Positions 25,841-37,361 of a DNA stretch of 64,000 bases are shown piece by piece (positions within the stretch are counted from its first letter, which is position 1; every line of letters begins with the position of its first letter). The translations under genes and the position numbers were made by a program. The DNA is from Octopus bimaculoides (lineage: Eukaryota): assembly GCF_001194135.2 (NCBI RefSeq), contig NC_068981.1, forward strand, positions 166,570,544 to 166,634,543, read 5' to 3'. The notes under the pieces are model-generated. The model made no database searches. It was not told where the DNA came from and was given only the letters and a program-made list of their open reading frames with translations.

Positions 25841-25923
25841 AGAGTGCATTTTGCATCAAAAAGCCAACATGAAAGTTTCTCTCATGATATCTACTACAGT
25901 ATAGCTTGTTCTAACAGAACATC
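25841..25923 (+). repeat. Partial second copy (loop plus right arm) of the 25089-25216 fold-back
   Basis: GTGCATTTTGCATCAAA..TTTCTCTCATGATATCTACTACAGTATAGCTTGTTCTAACAGAACATC. Confidence 0.85.
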
Positions 25924-25968
25924 TGTTTGAGATTAATATTAATTCTTAGTATTACTACTGCCTCTGTC

Positions 25969-26004
<36 letters not shown>

Positions 26005-26027
26005 GTGTGTTTGCTTTTCTTTTTCAG

Positions 26028-26118
26028 TTTCTACATCAATCACAATACCAAGAAGACTCAGTGGGAACCTCCACAATGGGAGCCAGCAGATTCTACCTCA
26101 CACCAATCTGCTTCAACA
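26028..26118 (+). CDS. Coding exon: C-terminal half of a WW domain
   Basis: Acceptor TTGCTTTTCTTTTTCAG and donor GTGAGT. After 1 nt it reads FYINHNTKKTQWEPPQWEPADSTSHQSAST, matching WW consensus Y/F-Y-x-N-H-x-T-x-x-T-Q-W-E-x-P. It ends in phase 0. Confidence 0.85.
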
Positions 26119-26332
26119 GTGAGTGTCTCTTTTTTAATTGAAAATATGTGATTTGTAAACATGAAGTTAATCTCTCTAATGGGCACGTTGGGTTTGCAGG
26201 TTATTATGATAGGGATTCCTTCATTTTTCTTTCTTACTCTCTGCCATAACATTTTTGGGGTACACTAATTCCACAGATTGCGCTCATGCTTGCAGATAGC
26301 TAGTCAGTGTTGTGTTCATTCATTATATTTAA

Positions 26333-26552
26333 TGCTTTAGCTTTTAAACCAGCCTTATTTGGCCCAAATATTCTGCTTGCTTTACGTTCAAACTAGCCAG
26401 ATCTGGCCTCTTACACCTACCTTATGATGTCATTCTGAAAATAAATAATCACGTTAGCAAAATATTGACCCTACAAAATGATGCATGATTAGTTCAAGAC
26501 AGTGTGAGCAAATAAGCATTACATTTGACAGAGTAATCGAAATGCTAAAGGG
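26333..26552. mobile_element. piggyBac-type MITE (family 1)
   Basis: Flanked by TTAA on both sides. The right end ATGCTAAAGGG is intact and the left end is decayed (TGCTTTAGC). An inverted homolog lies at 47770-47985. Confidence 0.75.
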
Positions 26553-28489
26553 TTAATATTGTTCAGTATGAGCTGATGATGATACTGATGTGTTTGCATG
26601 GGCTCCTTCAGGCATGCTTACCTGAGGGCAGCCATTTCTCTTCATGGACACTTACTCTTAAATCTTGTGATAAATCATCACACACAAGCTTATCAGTTAA
26701 AGAAATTTCAGAGTTTTATCTATCTGTCTGGTCAAGTTACTTGCCTAGTCCAATACAACTCTTCCATACCAGATGTCCTGATCTTCAATAGCAATCTTCA
26801 TATCTTCAACCTGATATCCAGTGTCTTCCACAAGTTGATCAATATGATCTTCTTTGTCTGCTGTTTCTTGGCTTATTGACTCAATTCAAAGAGTAGTGTC
26901 TGTTCTTAGCTTAATATCTGACACAATCCTTATTTGGGGCCATCAGTGTTAAACTGGTTTTTAGAACTAGATGAGCGAGGGACTTCTTTCACTTTGCCAT
27001 GAGTTGGCCTGGTATTTCAGTACTTCCAGGATTCATAAGAGCACAAATATTTCCTTAAAGTGAGTCTATGATAATGCTTTGAATCATAAAATGCTTCATT
27101 TCTATTATCTAATTTTGATTGTGGTATGTAACTTTTTATAAAAATATTAAGCTTATTAGAATATGAATTGGGTTTTGTTTGAAACTGTTTTGAAACACAA
27201 CTTGGCATTTTCCTTTCTATTTTTTCTTTTTTGTGTGTGTTGCCCTAAAGAATTAATTAATTTTGTTAGCTAACAATCTAAGAAGAGGGTGGGGTTAAAA
27301 GATGTTCATCAAGAAATGCAGGAATATTGGAAGCTATTTGTTGCTGAGATACGTAAACAGATTTATGGATTTTTCACCAATGATTTTGTAATTCTTGTGT
27401 GCTGCACAAAGGCATCCAATTTTACTAGTGTATTGCCTGTGGCTAGATTACATGACTGTCTTTCAAAGTATCAACATCAATTTCAATATTTTAGCTTCCA
27501 CACAAATTCTTTGCATAGGATTTATTGAGCCATTGCTGAAGCTACAAACATTCAGTTTGTCTTGTGTCTACAAAATTTCTGTTTCTTCTCATGAATCTTG
27601 TCAGTATTTCATTCTGAATGAATTTCTTGTTTATATCCTATCACACTAAATACACAAAGGAAAATATTTTATTTAGATTTTTGTTGTGTTTACTGATTGC
27701 TGTTTTTATTTATGGCTGTGAAGAATTGCTCTAAAATGCCAGTTTTTGGTGTAATTAGTTTTACTGTGTACCAGTTTAGAGAATTATATATATATTTGTT
27801 CATTTCATTATAACAATTGGTGAATGATACCATTCTCAGTTACAAGTTTTCAGTGATCCAGTCACTCATTCACTGTATTCCTAATGGTCAGAGGGATAAA
27901 GGAGAGTCTGTAACTCAGTGAATAACAAATATTCCAAAATACTTTTAACAGTTTTTCAGTTTTCTCACCAGTCCTTATACCCTTCTCCAAAACACACACA
28001 CACACACACACACACATATATTACCTTGCATGGAAACAGGTGAGGATTGGCAACAGGAAGGGCATTCAGCAGAAGAAAACCTGCTTTAGTGAATTCCATC
28101 TAACCATGCAAACATGAAAAAGTGGATGATAAAATGATGACAATGATAGATACAAATATATATGATGGGCTTCTGTATAGTTTTCCTTTATAAAATTTCA
28201 TGGGCAAGATATTGGCCAACCTTAGTTTATGATAGGAGTTACTTGCACAAATTGCCATGCAATGAGATAGAACCTGGAATCACATGATTGGAAGGTGAGC
28301 CTCTTAGTTACACAACCATACTACATCTATTGTAAAAGTTTTAGTGGCTTACATTTTTATTAAGTGATTTTTCTTCATAATTATTCCAACATAAATTACA
28401 AAATTCAACTAATTAATTATATGTTTATATTTAAACAAATTAGCAACTAGTGATCTCATGATTTTGATTACTGATATTATTCTCTGAGA

Positions 28490-28670
28490 GGCAAGCTGGC
28501 AGAATCATTAGCATGTCTGACAAAATGCTTAGCAACATTTCTTTCTTTTCTTTATGTTCTGAGTTCAAATCCTGCCAAGATCAACTTTGGTTTTCATCCT
28601 TTCAGTACTGGAGTTGATGTAATTGACTTGCTCTCCCCCACTCATAATTGTGCCAAAATTAGAAAGGTTG
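28490..28670 (+). mobile_element. tRNA-derived SINE (working family C)
   Basis: GGCAAGCTGGCAGAATCATTAGCATG..GTTCTGAGTTCAAATCC..CTTTGGTTTTCATCCTTTC. Confidence 0.7.
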
Positions 28671-29166
28671 TTATTTTCTCATTCTAACTTGAGCTTTTAG
28701 CTTCCCTTCTTCCAAGTTCCTTTAAAACATCATCATTTTACATCTGCCTTCCAGGTTGGCATAGGTTTCATGGATCATCAGAGTTCAAGTCAGTTCTCTA
28801 TCTGAAGTTACTACTCTTTTAGATAAGTTGGAAGAACAAATTTCACTCAAACATTTCAATTTTAGCTTAGGCTTTTTGGATGAATGGCCTTCTAATCAGC
28901 AAGTACTTGACAGAGTGTCTTAGGTGCATTTTATGATGCCACTAGCAAAAGAAAAGTTGTCATGTCCTTGAAAAGACTAAAAGCCCCTATCAGTTCCTTG
29001 TTGTCTCTACTTCTTTATGTATATTGAGTTTTACAAAAGATGTTCATTTCTTAATTTAATATATTCCGTTATTCATCTTTAAAGCCATTGTTTTCTTTGA
29101 AGTTGTGGAAATATGGAGTACTTTTATGTACTTCTTTCCCTAAACTGCTTCTTTCTGGAACTCTAT

Positions 29167-29268
<102 letters not shown>

Positions 29269-30400
29269 AAACTGCTCACTTGCAACAGTTCAAATGAAGT
29301 TGCTCTTACCTCAATTAATTAACCTTATCCCTACTCTAGTCTGAGTGAAACTAAAATATATTAGTGACAATGTCCTTCTCCATCAAAACTAAGAAACAAT
29401 AATATACAAATAAAAGGCACATTTCCTTGTGGCTCCATCTTATGCTCTTTCTAGTGTATGTTGTTGGACTGTTCACCTCTTATCTCTTTGTAATGTCAGA
29501 TTTGCTATGTGGCACAAATTTGCTACCATAACTCCTTTGCACTCTAGTTTTGTAAAAATCCTTTTACATTTATTTCCCCTAACTTTTGTATGTAGTGAAG
29601 GTTTACTCAATTGTTTCTCTCCACCAAATTTCACAATCTCCATCTTTATAAACTATGTAACTAAAACAGTGGTAAGGAATTAAATTATGTTTCTGATAAA
29701 AGACTTTACTGATGAGTTAATACTGTTGGACATCATAACTATCTTCACTTGATGCTGTGACATTTGATTCATTCCCTCTTCAGTTTTATATAATGTACGT
29801 AAATAGTGATGAATTATGAAACCCCAGAGGTTGTTAGGTCATATGATTTAATCATTGTTAATAGTTAGTATTAATCAAAGTAATATTTTAATAAACTTCT
29901 TGATGTATAAGGCAATTGTTGTTAACATATACCTTAGGGAAAAATACATTCATATATGTTGAAATAACATGCAAACACTGTGTTAAAAATGAAATATAGT
30001 TAAAAATTAATTTGGTCATTTGTAGAAGATTCTTCAGACATTTTATTTTTGATATTTGTCTTTTATTCATTATGGTAATGTGAATCAAATTCTTAATTTG
30101 CTGAAACTTCCTCTCACACAAAAAGCAGAAATATCCTTAAAGGAACACTTGTGCAAAAAAAAAAAAAAAAAAAAAAACGGTAATTTAAATCTATTAGATA
30201 GATGTAATCTAAATCATCTCAAGAATTTTTTTTTTTTTTTTTTTTTTTTGAGAAGCAGAAATTATTTTAGAGAGAAAAAACAGTGAAAGGACTCTTTGAG
30301 TCTGTGCTATCTGTGTTATTGGCATGATGATGTTTTATAATTGTAACCACAAAGTATTTTATTGCAGCTTCGAAACTTCTCTAATTTCTGTTTGTTTCAG

Positions 30401-30520
30401 ATCCTGAATCAACCAAACCAAGAATCAACAAGTACTCGATTAGATAACCAACAAGTTGAAATTCCATTACACTCTTTGGATGCTAATGGACATTTCCAGA
30501 GCAATGAGCAAGAAACTGAG
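30401..30520 (+). CDS. Coding exon (phase 0-0, 40 aa linker) of the WW-domain gene
   Basis: Acceptor TTTCTGTTTGTTTCAG and donor GAG|GTAAGT. The open frame reads ILNQPNQESTSTRLDNQQVEIPLHSLDANGHFQSNEQETE and is phase-compatible with both neighbours. Confidence 0.8.
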
Positions 30521-30734
30521 GTAAGTTGTTACATGATAAAAGTTGACTTGAAGAAATTATAGAAATTTGTTTGGTTTCTTCCCTCTCTTGTTCTTCTAAA
30601 TTAGTTTTGCCTTTAGTTATGGTTGATTATTTTTAGGATCTGGGACTCATCTAGTTCTTCTTATCCCAAATGCATGGATGAGATATGGCAGAAATTACAT
30701 TGTTGTTTAATAAAGAGTAATTAACAGTAGTAGC

Positions 30735-31175
30735 TATGTAATAAGAAGTTTTTTGTTCAGATGTTTTTTTTTGTTCAGTCCCACTGCATGGCACCTTAGG
30801 CATGTGTGTTTTACTATAGTCTCAGATCAACCAAAGCTTTGTGAGTGGATTTGATAAATAGAAACTAAAAGAAGCCCATTGTGTGTGTGTGTGTGTGTGT
30901 GCGTGTGCGTGCGTGTGTGCGTGCGTGCGTGCGTGCGTGCGCCTGCCTCCTCATCTTTGATATCTCATGTGATAGTTGTAAATGAGTGTCACCATTATGC
31001 AAGTGGTGTCCTTTGTTTCCAATCTTCCATGTAAACATAACTGATCTTGGGGGAAATATTACCTTGCCTGGAAATAGGTGAAGGTCAGCAACAGGAAGAA
31101 CAGCCAGCTGTCAAAAATCCTGCCACAACAAATTCTGTGAGTATGAGTGGGCATTAAAACAATGATGATGATGAA
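30735..31175 (+). mobile_element. SINE family B head with RTE-like tail
   Basis: TTCAGTCCCACTGCATGGCACC..AAGAAGCCCAT..(TG/TGCG)n..(GAT)n. Confidence 0.75.
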
Positions 31176-31715
31176 GATAATGATAGAAGGTTCTGTTTTT
31201 ATGAGAGTGTCTTAGAATATTTTCAAATATCCTTTCTTCATATTTCTCAATTTTTCATCTGATCTAGTTCTCCTAAGAGTTTTTTTTTTTTAACTGATTA
31301 TAAAACAAACAACATTGTTCAGTATAATGTTTCCGGTGATATGTTAGAGCACTTTTGGTTTAATTAAGCTTTACTTTTACATTTAACAGTGGTTTAGATA
31401 AAATTAATTCAGCGTAGCATTTAACACCCAAGTAGTTTATGGTATTGTAACATGTACTTTTACTTCAAAGTAATAGGAGTGTGTGTTTGTTTACATTTTA
31501 CTAATTTTACTTTCAAGTAAGCTTTTATAATCTTATATAGTTGTTTCATTGATAAATTGAATAGATGATAAGTGTTTATATTTACTAGTCCTTCTTTCAG
31601 TGAATGCACAACATTGAAGTATCAGGTTTTTAAGTGAAATTATCTGTTCCAATTGTTGAAGTTTAATGTTTCCTGGGGGTTTTTTTATTTATTTAATTTT
31701 TTTTTTTTTTCTCAG

Positions 31716-31804
31716 ACAATTATTGACAAAGAAGAAATGTTAAACCAATTGAAGGCACAGTTTCCAAGTTGCAAAGGGTTCATAATCAAAAATATACTGC
31801 AAAA
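31716..31804 (+). CDS. Coding exon (phase 0-2): probable first two helices of a CUE-like domain
   Basis: Poly-T acceptor ..TTTTCTCAG and donor GTAAGT. It reads TIIDKEEMLNQLKAQFPSCKGFIIKNILQ(K/N), resembling the CUE pattern EE.L.QLK.(M)FP......I...L. Confidence 0.75.
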
Positions 31805-32384
31805 GTAAGTAAAAAAAATACCTTAACATTTTCTTGATAGTTAGTTTTTGAAATTTTATTCAGTATGCAATGTTATACAACTTTTAACATTTCAGTTTTG
31901 AAATCATTCTATAGAATTCAGACCCTATAAAAAATTAAAAAGAAAAGGCTAGGTTACTTGGATAATTATTTAATCCTAGATTTTAACATAGGAATTGTAA
32001 AAGAAAGTTTGAAATGTATCAATTCATTCTTTTTTCTTCTGTCTAGCTTAGTCAGAGGAGAAACACACTTGGTATAATTTTACAGCGCCTCTAAGTCTGA
32101 TGGGGAAAATACTATTACAGTAGATCTGAACTGAATGCTTAAAACATATTGGACTCTGCTAGAAGCATTGAAGGGTCAGGTAGGCATATTAAATTGGTCA
32201 GTAGATTAAGCCTAACATCCAAGAAAAGGTCTGTCCATCAAAAGGATCTTGCAGTTTCCATCTATCCAAATTCAATCACAAGGCTTGGGTTGACCCAAGA
32301 CCATGGTAAAAATTATTTGCCCAAAAGGACCATGAGATTGCGAAATGAACTTCAAAATTCATGGATACACGCTTGTATGTGTGC

Positions 32385-32704
32385 AGTGAGGGTGCATGGC
32401 TTAGTCGTTAGGGTATTTGGTTCATGACTGTAAGGTGATGAGTTTGATTCCTGGCAGTGCATTGTTATCCTTGAGCAAGACACTTTATTTTACATTTCTC
32501 CAGTCTACTCATCTGGCAAAAATGAGTAGTACCAGTATTTCAAATGGCCAGCCTTGTTATATTCTGTGCCGTGCTGAATCTCCCTGAGAATTAAATTAAA
32601 GGTATGCATGTCTGTGGAGTGCTCTGCCACTTTCGTTAATTTCACAAGCAGGCTGTTCCATTGATCGGATTAAATGGAACCCTCACCATTGTAACCATCA
32701 GAGT

Positions 32705-32705
<1 letters not shown>
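32385..32705 (+). mobile_element. SINE family A, full length
   Basis: GGGTGCATGGCTTAGTCGTTAGGG head and GCAGGCTGTTCCATTGATCGGAT..GGAACCCTC 3' domain. Confidence 0.8.
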
Positions 32706-32752
<47 letters not shown>

Positions 32753-33232
32753 CACATATATAGTAAACTTTCACTTTGCTTTCAGTTTGGACTGTTTGGT
32801 AATACTTAAATATATTGTGCATCATAGACAGAAACAAAAAGAAATCTTCACACTATGCAAGTCAAATATAATAATAATACTAATAATGATAATAATGGTA
32901 ATAATAATACATATATTCTTCAGGTTTTACCAACCTGAATATTTCTTATCCAAATATGTTACTCTCCCTGTTCTGCTGGGATGCCATTATCCATAGCTAT
33001 AATCTCATTAGTTCTATACAAAACTGATTTTTCCCTTTGTTAGCTAAGAGCTTTTAGCAACTTTATAAAATCAAACATTATATTCATTGTTTTATAATCT
33101 AAATCTGCTATATTACTGTTGATTATTTCTTTATTCTTTTACACTTTGTACCATTCTGTTATATATGTACCATCACAAGGAAGGTGCTTGTATGTGATCA
33201 CTCAATCTGCAGGAAGTAGTAGGCAGATTTCT

Positions 33233-33265
<33 letters not shown>

Positions 33266-33335
33266 NNNNNNNNNNNNNNNNNNNNNNNNNNNNNNNNNNN
33301 NNNNNNNNNNNNNNNNNNNNNNNNNNNNNNNNNNN
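33266..33335. other. Assembly gap (70 N) inside (TA)n
   Basis: N run. Confidence 1.
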
Positions 33336-33446
33336 TATATATATACATACAAGATACAGAAATAATTTATTCTCAAAGGCATAATAATGCTAATACAATA
33401 GCATGAACAGGATAAACTATCTATATATTGCAGAAAAATTTGTTAC

Positions 33447-33521
33447 CAGCCAGCCATGATACTCGAACTCACATCCTTGTGATTATGCATCAAGTGCTTC
33501 ACTTTTTAAGCTGTACTACCC
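33447..33521 (-). pseudogene. tRNA-like pseudogene copy A (Thr-like)
   Basis: Reverse complement of the tRNA-like unit in copies B and C. It is the most decayed of the three. Confidence 0.45.
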
Positions 33522-33567
33522 AGTAATGAATTATTCTGTAATTTTAGGATTTAACAATTCATTACTG

Positions 33568-33639
33568 GGCAGTTTAGCTTAAAACTAAAGCACTTGACAC
33601 GTAATCACAGGGATGTGAGTTTGAGTATCATGGTTGGCC
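33568..33639 (+). pseudogene. tRNA-like pseudogene copy B (Thr-like, CGT at anticodon position)
   Basis: D stem GCTT/AAGC, a T-loop-like GTGAGTTTGAG, and a T5 terminator at 33649-33653. Confidence 0.5.
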
Positions 33640-33857
33640 GGTAACAAATTTTTCTGCAATTTATGGATTGTTTATCCTGTTCTTGCTATTGTATTAGTAC
33701 TTTCATGTTTGAGAATAAATTCTTTCTATCTTTCAATACATTTCAATGCTTCTAAAGTAAACTTTGTTTGCTTACTTTCATCGTAAGTTGAATGTAACGT
33801 TAGCGTCTTATAAAGCTAGATTTATAATTCCTAAAATTGCAGAATAATTTGTTACAG

Positions 33858-33930
33858 GGCAATTTAGCTTAAAGGTAAAGCACTCGACGCGTAATCACAG
33901 GGATGCGAGTTCGAGTCTCATGGCCGGCCA
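33858..33930 (+). pseudogene. tRNA-like pseudogene copy C (Thr-like, CGT)
   Basis: A-box TAGCTTAAAGG, D stem GCTT/AAGC, loop CGCGTAA, B-box GAGTTCGAGTC and T5 at 33939-33943. The acceptor and anticodon stems pair poorly, so it is not called functional. Confidence 0.55.
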
Positions 33931-34183
33931 GTAAAGAATTTTTCTGCATTATATGGATAGTTTATCCTGTTCATGGTATTGCATTAGCATTATCATGCGT
34001 TTGAGAATAAATTATTTCTGTATCTTTCAATACATCTCAACATTTCTAAAACAAACTTCGTTTGTTTACTTTCATCGTAAGTTGAATTTATATATATATA
34101 TATATATATATATACGGTTATCAATTTGTGTTGCAAGATTCCCGATGGTAAATCATGTGTTGAAACCGATATTGTATTTCTGG

Positions 34184-34187
<4 letters not shown>

Positions 34188-34241
<54 letters not shown>
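34188..34241. repeat. (T)54 homopolymer
   Basis: Direct reading. It would be poly(A) just 3' of the minus-strand Penelope-like end. Confidence 0.95.
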
Positions 34242-34243
<2 letters not shown>

Positions 34244-34269
34244 CAAATAAACACACGTACAATATATTT

Positions 34270-35530
34270 TTTCTTCACTCGTTTATTACTGTTCTTATTT
34301 TATTATTCTAACTCGTGTCCATTGTCCAGAAATCTTTCGTCACACATCTGTGACCTCTTCAGCGACACTTTTTGTTTTCGTGTGTGTTCTTACTCCATTC
34401 TGTTCTTCTGAAGTGTGCATCCTTATGTGCACATGCATTTGTGTCCTTGTGTAGGTGTGTGTGTGTGTATGCTTGTGTGTGTATCATAGTTTTTAGCAGC
34501 AGTGTGGCCTTCTCCTCAGCAGTCCCATCCTCTCACCCCATGGTGCTGCTACTGTCCCAAGACCCCAAAAAATATGGCACAGTTCCTGTATTCTTCTGTG
34601 TATGTGTGTTCGCCCACAGTGTTGCCATTGTGGTAGTTGTTATTGCCATCGTTGTCGCTGTCATTGTTAATCGTGTTGTTCACATTGTTGTGGCCATCCG
34701 TGAAATTTCTTGTGAGTGTGTTTGAGTGTGTTTGAGTGTGTGTGTGTGTGTGTGTATGGGTTCGCTTCATATGTTGTATGTATCCATGTCCTTTATATAG
34801 ATTTATTTATTTATTTTATCTATCACTATCTTATATTTATCCCAGCTATGTGACAAATATATCTTATATTTGTTTATTTATTTATAGTACTTTAACCTCT
34901 ATGCTATTAATCGAGCCTCCATGTTCTGCCTGAGCATGTTGTTAGAGCACTGATGAGCTTTTGTATGTAGTTTGGGTTCGTCCTACAACCAACACAATTT
35001 GTAGGACTTATCAAAGGATAGGTATTGCAGATCAGGGATTTTAATGGGGAACCAGGCTTTTCCACTACTTTAATTTGTAGATTAGCCTCACTTAATGTTT
35101 TTCTAAAAACAAGTATGTTAGTTTGCCGCTAGGAGTAGCATCAACGAACATGACACTTTGGTATTTTTTGTTGTCATACCAAGTGTTGGCCTTATTTATC
35201 TTATTACTGGTCCTTTCTGTGTTGTTCTAAGATTTACTTCTGTACAGCAGGCAGATCTCCTTAGCATCACTCTCTATGATGGCTTTGTACTTAGTCCTGG
35301 CTCCTTTGTACACTCTAATCCTGTCCCTTTGGTTGTAGCTAGAGAACTGCATGTGGTGGATGAAGTGTTGTATGTGTCTTTCCAATTTCATAGGGTCGCA
35401 CATGTGAGACACGTTCCTCATCACTCTCACCTAGTCAGCTATAAGAATGTTGAACTTGGCGTTGTCCGCAATCGCTGCGTTTTTGTCATAATGAGAGTGA
35501 AGGATCTGGACCTTACAGTTCTTCGTTTCT
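34270..35530 (-). mobile_element. Penelope-like element, 5'-truncated remnant
   Basis: A minus frame reads ..QFSSYNQRDRIRVYKGA..LLYRSK..WYDNKKYQSVMFVDATPSG (35126-35163), typical of the PLE RT-thumb/linker before GIY-YIG. A 3'-end motif CTGAAGAGG..GACGAAA lies at 34335-34362. Confidence 0.6.
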
Positions 35531-35532
35531 AG

Positions 35533-36548
35533 CCAGGGAGGCCAGTCAGGCGGCACTAGCTTTGACCATGCTCAAACAGTGCTTTTTACTTGCCACCTGC
35601 ACAGGAGCCAGTTAGGTGGCACTGGCAATGACCATGCTCAATTGGTGCTTTTTATGTGCCACCTGCATGGGTGCCAGTTAGGCAGCACTGGCAATAACCA
35701 CACTCAAACGATGCCTTTCAGGTGCCACAGGCATAGGACCAGTCAGGCGGCAATGGCATCCACCACACTTGTATGATACTTTTTATGTGCCACCGGAACG
35801 GGAACCAGTAAAGCAGTACTGGCATCAGCCATGACAATGATTTCACTTGACTCAACAGGTCTTCTCAAGCACAACATATTACCCAATGATTAAAGGGTAC
35901 TCTTAAATGGGCCGGTTATGTGCCACTGGCATAGACCATGGTTACGGTCTCATTTGGCTTGCTGGATCTTCTCAAGCACAGCATATTTCTAAAGGTCTCA
36001 GTCATTCATCATCGCCTCCATGAGGACTAACGTTCAAAGGTCGCGCTTCACCACCTCATCCCTGGTCTTCCTAGGTCTACCTCTCCCACAGGTTTCCTCC
36101 ACTGTTAGGGTGTGACACTTTTTCATACAGCTGTCCTCATCCATACGTAACACATGACCATACCAGTGAAGTCATCTCTCATGCACACTATATCTGATGC
36201 TTCTTATGTCCAATTTTTCTCTTGGTGCGCTTACACTCTGCTGTGTATGCACACTGACATTACACATCCAGTGGATAATACTAGCTTTATTTCTTGCAAA
36301 CTTACACATGTCCTCAGCAGTCACAGCCCATGTTTCACTGTCATGTAGCATAGCAGTTCGCACACGTGTCATACAGTCTACCTTTCACTCTGAGCGAGAG
36401 GCCCTTTGTCACCAGCAAAGGTAGGGGCTCTCTGAACTTTGCCCAGGCTATTTTTATTCAAGCAGCTACACTCTCAGAGCATCCACTCCCGCTACTCACT
36501 TGGTCACCTAGGTAAGGGAAGCTACCAACTACGTCTAGTTTTTCCCCC
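35533..36548 (-). mobile_element. RTE-clade LINE 3' fragment (ORF C-terminus plus 3'UTR)
   Basis: GEKLDVVGSFPYLGD..IAWAKFRE..KGRLYDTCVRTAMLHDSETWAV..RRLHWYGHVLRMDE..GRGRPRKT. The 3'UTR carries about five 66-bp units from 35543. Confidence 0.9.
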
Positions 36549-36726
36549 TGGTATGTGATAGATATATAATAAAGATATAAAGAAATATATAAATAGATAA
36601 ATAAATACATATATACATATATTTATCACATACCTGGGGTAAATATAAGATAGAGAGATAGATAAAATAAATAAATAAATAAATCTGTATAAAGGGCATG
36701 GATACATACAACATACAAAGCGAACC

Positions 36727-36767
<41 letters not shown>

Positions 36768-36905
36768 AAGAAATTTCACAGATGGCCACAACAATGTGAA
36801 CAACACGATTAACAACAACAGTGGCGGTGACAACGATGGCAATAACAACAACAGTAGCGAGGGTGAACACACATACACAGAGGAATATAGGAACTGTGCC
36901 ATAGT
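36545..36905 (+). repeat. Inverted copy of 34573-34890
   Basis: The reverse complement aligns from TATGGCACAGTTCC through the (TG)n to ATATTTA.CCCAG.TATGTGA.AAATAT. Confidence 0.9.
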
Positions 36906-37140
36906 GTAATACACTATTACAACAACTTTACGGGTATGTTTTTGGATAAATATTAATTAGAAATCATAAGTACTCTTCTTTTTCTAGACTTACTGGTGAA
37001 TCCTGTTATACTTAAATAATCATGCTCAGATATACTGTGCCTGCAACAACAACAAAAGGGAGAAGGAGAGAGAATGGGGGTCAGGATGGTGAAGAGTAGA
37101 ATGCTTTTGATCCTAGGTTTTTTAAATAAGCATGCCTTAA

Positions 37141-37361
37141 CCCTTTCGTTATCACATTCATTTTGAGATGCTCTGTATTTTTTTCAAATATTTTAAATAT
37201 AACAAAGAATTTAGTAAAATAACTTAGTTATCATTAAGCTAATGTTAGGAACGTAAATTATGACTAAGGTTTGGTGGAAGATTTTAATTCAAAACTTATG
37301 AAAGCAAAACATTTGTACTATAGAGCCAGAGGCAGTTTCAGCCGGGTTGGTATCAAAAGGG
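37141..37361. mobile_element. piggyBac-type MITE (family 2, 221 bp)
   Basis: TTAA|CCCTTTCGTTATC ... GGTATCAAAAGGG|TTAA. Confidence 0.85.
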
